The position numbers and the translations under genes were made by a program. This document shows positions 59,110 through 64,000 of a DNA stretch of 64,000 bases, in pieces; position 1 is the stretch's first letter; every line of letters begins with the position of its first letter. This DNA comes from Actinomycetales bacterium. Its GTDB lineage: Bacteria; Actinomycetota; Actinomycetes; JAJZTN01. The notes under the pieces are model-generated. The model did no database searches. It was not told where the DNA came from and saw only the letters and a program-made list of their open reading frames with translations. The DNA lies in the NCBI GenBank assembly GCA_051960855.1, contig JBQCDV010000038.1, positions 2,625-66,624 of the forward strand. Reading direction: 5' to 3'.

Positions 59110-59463
59110 GTGAGCCCCCTGCGACGCTGCTCCCGGACCGCCTGCGGGCGGCCGGCCGTCGCGACGCTGACCTATGTCTACGCCGACTCGACCGCTGTCC
59201 TCGGGCCGCTCGCGACCTACGCGGAGCCCCACTGCTACGACCTGTGCGCGGTCCACTCGGCTCGGCTGACCGTGCCTCGCGGGTGGGAGGTCATGCGCCT
59301 CGCGGCCGATCCCAACGCGCTGGCGCCGTCCTCGGACGACCTCGAGGCCCTGGCCGATGCCGTGCGCGAGGCGGCCAGGCCGAGCGCCCCCGAGCCGGCC
59401 CGTGCGGTGGAGGTCGGGCGCCGGGGTCACCTCCGGGTCCTGCGCGACCCGGACGTCTCCTAG
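59110..59463 (+). CDS. DUF3499-like small protein
   Basis: 'RRCSRTACGRPAVATLTYVYADSTAVLGPLATYAEPHCYDLCAVHSARLTVPRGWEVMRL' is a Cys/His-containing motif. This family is conserved upstream of pmm in many actinobacteria. GTG start. Confidence 0.5.
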   Translation: MSPLRRCSRTACGRPAVATLTYVYADSTAVLGPLATYAEPHCYDLCAVHSARLTVPRGWEVMRLAADPNALAPSSDDLEALADAVREAARPSAPEPARAVEVGRRGHLRVLRDPDVS

Positions 59464-59486
59464 ATCTCGCCGGTAGGCTCGCGGCC

Positions 59487-61082
59487 GTGCCGAGCCGCTC
59501 TTTCGACCTGTCCGAGATCGCTAAGGCCTACGACATCCGGGGCGTGGTCCCCGATCAGCTCGACGAGGAGATCGCCGAGCGCGCGGGAGCGGCCTTCGTG
59601 CGGCTCACCGACGCCACCCACATCGTGACCGGCTACGACATGCGCCCGTCGTCGCCAGGCCTCGCGGCCGCCTTCGCACGGGGGGCGACCTCGCAGGGTG
59701 CAGACGTGACCGAGATCGGCCTGGCCTCCACCGACGAGCTCTACTTCGCCTCCGGCTCCCTCGATGTGCCCGGCGCGATGTTCACCGCCAGCCACAACCC
59801 CGCCAAGTACAACGGCATCAAGATGTGCCGTGCCGGCGCTCGCCCGGTCGGTGCCGAGACCGGCCTCGCCGATGTGCGCCGGATGATCGAGCAGGGCGTC
59901 CCTGCCAGCGACAAGCCGGCCGGGACCGTGTCCTCGCAGGACCTCCTGCCCGCCTACGCCGAGCACTTGCGCAGCCTCGTCGGCCTCGAGGGCCTTCGGC
60001 CGCTGACCGTGGTGGTCGACGCTGGCAACGGGATGGCCGGTCACACCGTCCCCGCCGTCCTCGACCCGCTTCCGCTCACGGTGGTGCCGCTGTACTTCGA
60101 GCTCGACGGCACCTTCCCGCACCACGAGGCCAACCCGATCGACCCGGCCAACCTTGTCGACCTGCAGGCCAAGGTCCGCGAGGTCGGCGCTGACCTCGGC
60201 CTCGCTTTCGACGGGGACGCCGACAGGTGCTTCGTGGTGGACGAGCACGGCGCGGTGGTCTCCCCGTCTGCGCTGACCGCGCTCATCGCCACGCGGGAGC
60301 TGGCCAAGGAGCGGGCCGAGGGCCGTGAGGGCGTGGCCGTGATCCACAACCTCATCACCTCGCGCGCGGTCCCGGAGATCGTGGAGGCTGCCGGGGGCCG
60401 GGCCGTGCGCACCCGCGTGGGACACAGCTTCATCAAGGCGACGATGGCTGAGACGGGGGCTGTCTTCGGTGGCGAACACTCCGGTCACTTCTACTTCCGG
60501 GACTTCTGGCGCGCCGACTCCGGGATGCTCGCGGCGCTGCACGTCATCGCCGCGCTGGGCTCGACAGACAAGCCGTTGTCCGAACTGGTCGCGGAGTTCG
60601 CCCGCTACAGCCAGAGCGGTGAGATCAACAGCGAGGTCGCGGATGCGCAGGCCAGCATCGCGGCGGTCCGGGAGCACTACGCGGCCCAGCCCGGGCTGCA
60701 GCTCGACGAGCTCGACGGGCTGACGGTCAGCGGTGAGGGCTGGTGGTTCAACCTGCGACCGTCCAACACCGAGCCGCTGCTGCGCCTGAACGTCGAGGGC
60801 GACGACGAGGCGACGATGGTGCGGGTCCGCGACGAGGTCCTCGCCCGGATCCGCACTCCGGAGTCGTCCCCATCCACGGAAGGCAACCCCGAGCACTCCG
60901 CCGGCCTACCAGCTTGGGTGCTCGAGGTCGTCCGTTGCCCGGCCGACACCGGCGAGCTCGACGTCAGCGACACCGTCCTGACGTGCCGCTCGTGCGGCCG
61001 CCGCTACCCCGTGCGTGACGGCATCCCGGTGCTGCTGGTCGACGAGGCACTCCCGCCAGCGGGACAGGAGCGGGAGGCGTGA
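59487..61082 (+). CDS. Phosphomannomutase/phosphoglucomutase with a C-terminal Trm112-like zinc-ribbon domain fused on
   Basis: 'GAMFTASHNPAKYNGIKM' is the phosphohexomutase active-site loop. The last ~55 aa, 'VLEVVRCPADTGELDVSDTVLTCRSCGRRYPVRDGIPVLLVDEA', match the Trm112/DUF343 motif. Confidence 0.8.
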   Translation: MPSRSFDLSEIAKAYDIRGVVPDQLDEEIAERAGAAFVRLTDATHIVTGYDMRPSSPGLAAAFARGATSQGADVTEIGLASTDELYFASGSLDVPGAMFTASHNPAKYNGIKMCRAGARPVGAETGLADVRRMIEQGVPASDKPAGTVSSQDLLPAYAEHLRSLVGLEGLRPLTVVVDAGNGMAGHTVPAVLDPLPLTVVPLYFELDGTFPHHEANPIDPANLVDLQAKVREVGADLGLAFDGDADRCFVVDEHGAVVSPSALTALIATRELAKERAEGREGVAVIHNLITSRAVPEIVEAAGGRAVRTRVGHSFIKATMAETGAVFGGEHSGHFYFRDFWRADSGMLAALHVIAALGSTDKPLSELVAEFARYSQSGEINSEVADAQASIAAVREHYAAQPGLQLDELDGLTVSGEGWWFNLRPSNTEPLLRLNVEGDDEATMVRVRDEVLARIRTPESSPSTEGNPEHSAGLPAWVLEVVRCPADTGELDVSDTVLTCRSCGRRYPVRDGIPVLLVDEALPPAGQEREA

Positions 61083-62125
61083 CCGACTTCTTCGACGACT
61101 CCCGACTCGACGACGCCGACGCCCTCGCCGAGGCCGACGAGGCGCTGCGGCATCTCGCGGAAGCTGGCGCCCGGGTGCGGCGCGAGCTGGTCCAAGCCGA
61201 GGAGGCGGTCCCGCAGCACGACGGCGACGACCGTCCCCGCGCCGTCGTCGTGGCCGGCAGCGACGCCCGTCTGCTGCGCGCGGTGCTGGAGCCGTGGTGC
61301 CCGGTCCCGTTCGTGGCGTGGCCGGCCCCGGGCCTGCCCGGCTGGGCCGGCCCGCTCGACCTCGTCGTGGTCCTGGCACCGCAGGGCGAGGACGAGGTCG
61401 CGACGGCCACGGCGGGGGAAGCCGCCCGTCGCGGCTGCCGTCTGGTCCTCTCCGTGCCGGAGGCCTCCCCGCTGGCCGACCTTGCCGGCGGCCGCCACCA
61501 CGTGCTGCTGCCGTCGGCGACTGGTGACGCCCTCGCCGCAGCGGTCGTCGCCCTGCGGACGCTGCACCGGCTCGGCCTCGGCCCCGACGTAGCCGCCGAG
61601 GACGTCGCGGCTGCCCTCGACGAGGTCGCGATCGCCTGCGCTCCCCAGCGCCCGCTCGGGGACAACCCGGCCAAGGACCTCGCTGTCGTGCTCGCCGACA
61701 GCGTGCCGCTGGTCTGGGGCGGCACGGTCCTCGCGGCGAGGGCGGGCCGACGCGTCGTCGAGGCCGTGCGCCGCGCCAGCGGACGGGCGGCTCTAGCGGC
61801 GGACGCCCGGCATCTGCTGCCCGTGCTGGAGGGGGCGCCGCCGCGAGACCCGTTCGCGGACCCGTTCGCCGACGGTGACCCCGCGGCCCGGCCCGCCCTC
61901 GTCGTGCTGGATGACGGCAGCGACGAGGCGGTGGTGCGCGTGCAGCGCAGCCGGCTGCTGGCTGCGGCGGAGGCAAACGACGTGCGGTCCCAGACGCTGA
62001 GCCGGCACGACACCGCCCCGGTGGCCCGGTACGCCGCGCTGCTCGCCGAGGGGCTCTGGGCGGCGTCCTACCTCGGGCTCGGGCTGGGGCGTCCCGGCCG
62101 GGACCTCGTCGCGGTCGTGGCATGA
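61079..62125 (+). CDS. Conserved hypothetical protein (SIS-domain-like) of the pmm-manA neighbourhood
   Basis: ATGA overlap with pmm. Positional equivalent of the gene between pmmA and manA in other actinobacteria. Domain assignment is tentative. Confidence 0.4.
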   Translation: MTDFFDDSRLDDADALAEADEALRHLAEAGARVRRELVQAEEAVPQHDGDDRPRAVVVAGSDARLLRAVLEPWCPVPFVAWPAPGLPGWAGPLDLVVVLAPQGEDEVATATAGEAARRGCRLVLSVPEASPLADLAGGRHHVLLPSATGDALAAAVVALRTLHRLGLGPDVAAEDVAAALDEVAIACAPQRPLGDNPAKDLAVVLADSVPLVWGGTVLAARAGRRVVEAVRRASGRAALAADARHLLPVLEGAPPRDPFADPFADGDPAARPALVVLDDGSDEAVVRVQRSRLLAAAEANDVRSQTLSRHDTAPVARYAALLAEGLWAASYLGLGLGRPGRDLVAVVA

Positions 62126-63447
62126 GCTCCCTCGCCAGTCGCCTTCCGACCGAAGCCCGAGCTCGTCTGCTGCCGCTGCGTCCAGCGGTGCAGCACTACG
62201 CGTGGGGGTCACGCGAGGCTCTCCCCGAGTTGCTGGGGGAGCCGCCGGACGGGCGGCCCTGGGCAGAGGCGTGGTTCGGGGCGCATCCGGCTGCCCCCTC
62301 CACGCTGTCCGACGGGACGCCGCTCGACGCCGTGCTCGAGCGCGAGCCCTCGCTCCTCGGGCCGGAGGGTCAGCACACCCATCTGCCCTTCCTCGTCAAG
62401 CTGCTCGCTGCCGCGGAGCCGCTGTCGTTGCAGTCGCATCCCAGCGAGGAGCAGGCACGGCTGGGCTGGCAGCGCGAGGAGGCCGCGGGCGTGGCCCTCG
62501 ATGCCCCTCACCGCAGCTACCGCGACCCGCATCCCAAGCCCGAAGCTGTCCTGGCACTCACCGAGTTCCTCGCCCTCTGCGGGTGGCGCGAGGTCACCGA
62601 CCTCGCTGACTGGCTGGGCTGCCTCGGAGTGGCCGAGCTGCAGGACCTGCTCCGGCCGCTGCTGACCGCCGACGACGACGGCGAGCGCCGTTGCGACGCC
62701 GTTCGGGAGCTGCTCTCGCTTCCAGCTGAGCAGCGGGAGCGGCTCACGGCGGCCGTCGCCGAGGCACTGCCCACCGTCCAGGACCCGCGTCGGGCTCTCG
62801 ACGTCGAGGTCCTTGGCGCCATCGTCGCGCGCTACCCCGGGGACGCGGGCGTGCTCGTCGCCCAGCTGCTCGCGCCGCACCGGCTGCAGCCGCTGCAGAG
62901 CCTCTTCGTGCCGCCGGGCTGCCCTCACAGCTACGTCTCGGGTGTGGCCGCCGAGGTGATGACGAGCTCGGACAACGTCCTGCGCGGCGGACTCACACCC
63001 AAGCACGTGGACGTGCCCGAGCTGGTGCGCACGCTCGACGGCCGCGCGACTGTGGTGCCGACGGCCGGCTTCGCCGTGCCCGCGGCAGTCGGTTTTGCGC
63101 CCAGCCTGCTGGAGCTGGATGCCGACCTCCATCCCGACGCGGTCCTGCCCGCCGCCGTGGGGGCTTCGCTGCTGCTCGTGCTCGACGGGGAGCTCACAGT
63201 CGAGACGGGGAACGTCTCGAGTCCCGGAACCGGCGAGAGCGGCGACCACGGGGACGGTGAGCGCCACACGCTCCGCCGCGGCCAGGCCGTCCTCGTGCCC
63301 CACGCCGTCGGACCGGTGACGGTCCGGGGCGGCGGCTCGCTGCTGCGCGTCATCACCACCGCGCCGACCGGGCAAGCAGCGGACCCAGCAGCGGACCCAG
63401 CAGCGAGCCCAGCCGTCGACGGGGCCGGCAGGGGAGACGGCGCGTGA
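62122..63447 (+). CDS. manA: Mannose-6-phosphate isomerase, class I
   Basis: 'VQHYAWGSREALPELLG ... PWAEAWFGAHP ... LSLQSHP' are type I PMI motifs. Confidence 0.8.
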   Translation: MSSLASRLPTEARARLLPLRPAVQHYAWGSREALPELLGEPPDGRPWAEAWFGAHPAAPSTLSDGTPLDAVLEREPSLLGPEGQHTHLPFLVKLLAAAEPLSLQSHPSEEQARLGWQREEAAGVALDAPHRSYRDPHPKPEAVLALTEFLALCGWREVTDLADWLGCLGVAELQDLLRPLLTADDDGERRCDAVRELLSLPAEQRERLTAAVAEALPTVQDPRRALDVEVLGAIVARYPGDAGVLVAQLLAPHRLQPLQSLFVPPGCPHSYVSGVAAEVMTSSDNVLRGGLTPKHVDVPELVRTLDGRATVVPTAGFAVPAAVGFAPSLLELDADLHPDAVLPAAVGASLLLVLDGELTVETGNVSSPGTGESGDHGDGERHTLRRGQAVLVPHAVGPVTVRGGGSLLRVITTAPTGQAADPAADPAASPAVDGAGRGDGA

Positions 63448-64000
63448 GCGCGGAGGGCGGCACCCGCGCGATCGTCGCGGCGCTCAGTGCGAACCTCGGC
63501 ATCGCGGTCGCGAAGTTCGTGGCGTTCCTGTTCACTCGCTCGTCGTCGATGCTGGCGGAGTCCATCCACTCGGTCGCCGACTCCGGCAACCAGGTGCTGC
63601 TGCTCGTCGGCAGCCGGCGGGCGCGCCGGGCGGCCACTGCGGCGCACCCCTTTGGCTACGGCCGGGAGCGCTACGTCTACGCCTTCCTCGTAGCCCTGGT
63701 CCTGTTTCTGCTCGGCGGTGTCTTCGCTATCTACGAGGGCTGGCACAAGATCTCGGAGGCGCTGGCCGGGCACGGCGAGGTGGAGTCACCGGTCTGGGCC
63801 TTCGCCGTGCTGATCATCTCGATCGGTCTGGAGGGCTTCTCCTTCCGCACGGCGATGCGCGAGGCCAACGTCACCCGGGGCACGGTCTCCTGGGTGGACT
63901 ACATCCGGCGTGCGAAGGCGCCGGAGCTGCCCGTGGTCCTGCTCGAGGACACGGGCGCCCTCATCGGCCTGGTGCTGGCACTGGTGGGTGTCACCCTCGC
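63444..64000 (+). CDS. Cation diffusion facilitator family transporter (3' partial)
   Basis: GTG overlaps the manA stop (GTGA). 'AIVAALSANLGIAVAKFVAFLFTRSSSMLAESIHSVADSGNQVLLLVGSRRA' is a CDF TM1-TM2 signature with HxxxD. Runs off the window end. Confidence 0.75.
   Translation, partial: MSAEGGTRAIVAALSANLGIAVAKFVAFLFTRSSSMLAESIHSVADSGNQVLLLVGSRRARRAATAAHPFGYGRERYVYAFLVALVLFLLGGVFAIYEGWHKISEALAGHGEVESPVWAFAVLIISIGLEGFSFRTAMREANVTRGTVSWVDYIRRAKAPELPVVLLEDTGALIGLVLALVGVTL

Noticed and set aside
1-64000. tRNA or rRNA genes, transposases, integrases and prophage remnants.
   Set aside because: No cloverleaf-like stretches, IS inverted repeats or recombinase motifs were seen. All intergenic spacers are short.

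Overview
This is a 64 kb segment of a high-GC (~70%+) Actinomycetota chromosome. Coding density is very high and many genes are linked by ATGA/GTGA start-stop overlaps. All calls below come from reading the six-frame translations for recognisable family motifs; no database search was run.

Layout:
- 0-15 kb, housekeeping and signalling: an adenylate cyclase fragment, enoyl-CoA hydratase, HMG-CoA lyase, an OmpR-type two-component pair, a GtrA-like protein, purK-purE, a GNAT acetyltransferase, a CoA-binding protein, UDP-glucose 6-dehydrogenase, acyl-CoA dehydrogenase, an FAD oxidoreductase and a PAS-GGDEF-EAL protein.
- 15-44 kb, the main feature, a large cell-wall glycopolymer (teichoic-acid-like) locus:
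  - two tandem LCP ligases, an acyltransferase and a GT2;
  - a 1345-aa GT2-TagF(CDP-glycerol glycerophosphotransferase)-GT4 fusion protein;
  - a convergent TagGH-like ABC exporter;
  - an inserted DUF222/HNH gene with a tandem 30-bp repeat;
  - a 5-gene minus-strand operon encoding a GT2, a CDP-alcohol phosphotransferase, a G1P-dehydrogenase-family enzyme, a LicC-like nucleotidyltransferase and a second CDP-alcohol phosphotransferase fused to extra membrane domains;
  - further GT2, galE, GT2, GT-A and GT4 genes and a GT2-TagF gene.
  This last block is visibly lower in GC. It repeats the fusion protein's domain order as a split gene pair.
- 44-64 kb: scoAB, which is translationally coupled to the glycopolymer genes; a SpoIID/LytB protein with CWB2 wall-binding repeats; a TIGR03089-like gene; manC; an AlkA-like glycosylase; cofE/cofD (fbiB/fbiA); whiB; a 1160-aa GT2-membrane protein with its partner; DUF3499; a phosphomannomutase with a C-terminal Trm112-like zinc ribbon fused on; a SIS-domain protein; manA; and the start of a CDF transporter.

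No tRNA, rRNA, CRISPR array, transposase or integrase was recognised.

The most interesting hypothesis is that the G1PDH-like, LicC-like and CDP-alcohol phosphotransferase module is a non-TagD route to an activated polyol-phosphate for this polymer. The fused and split GT2-TagF-GT4 paralogues give Rosetta-stone evidence for which enzymes act together.
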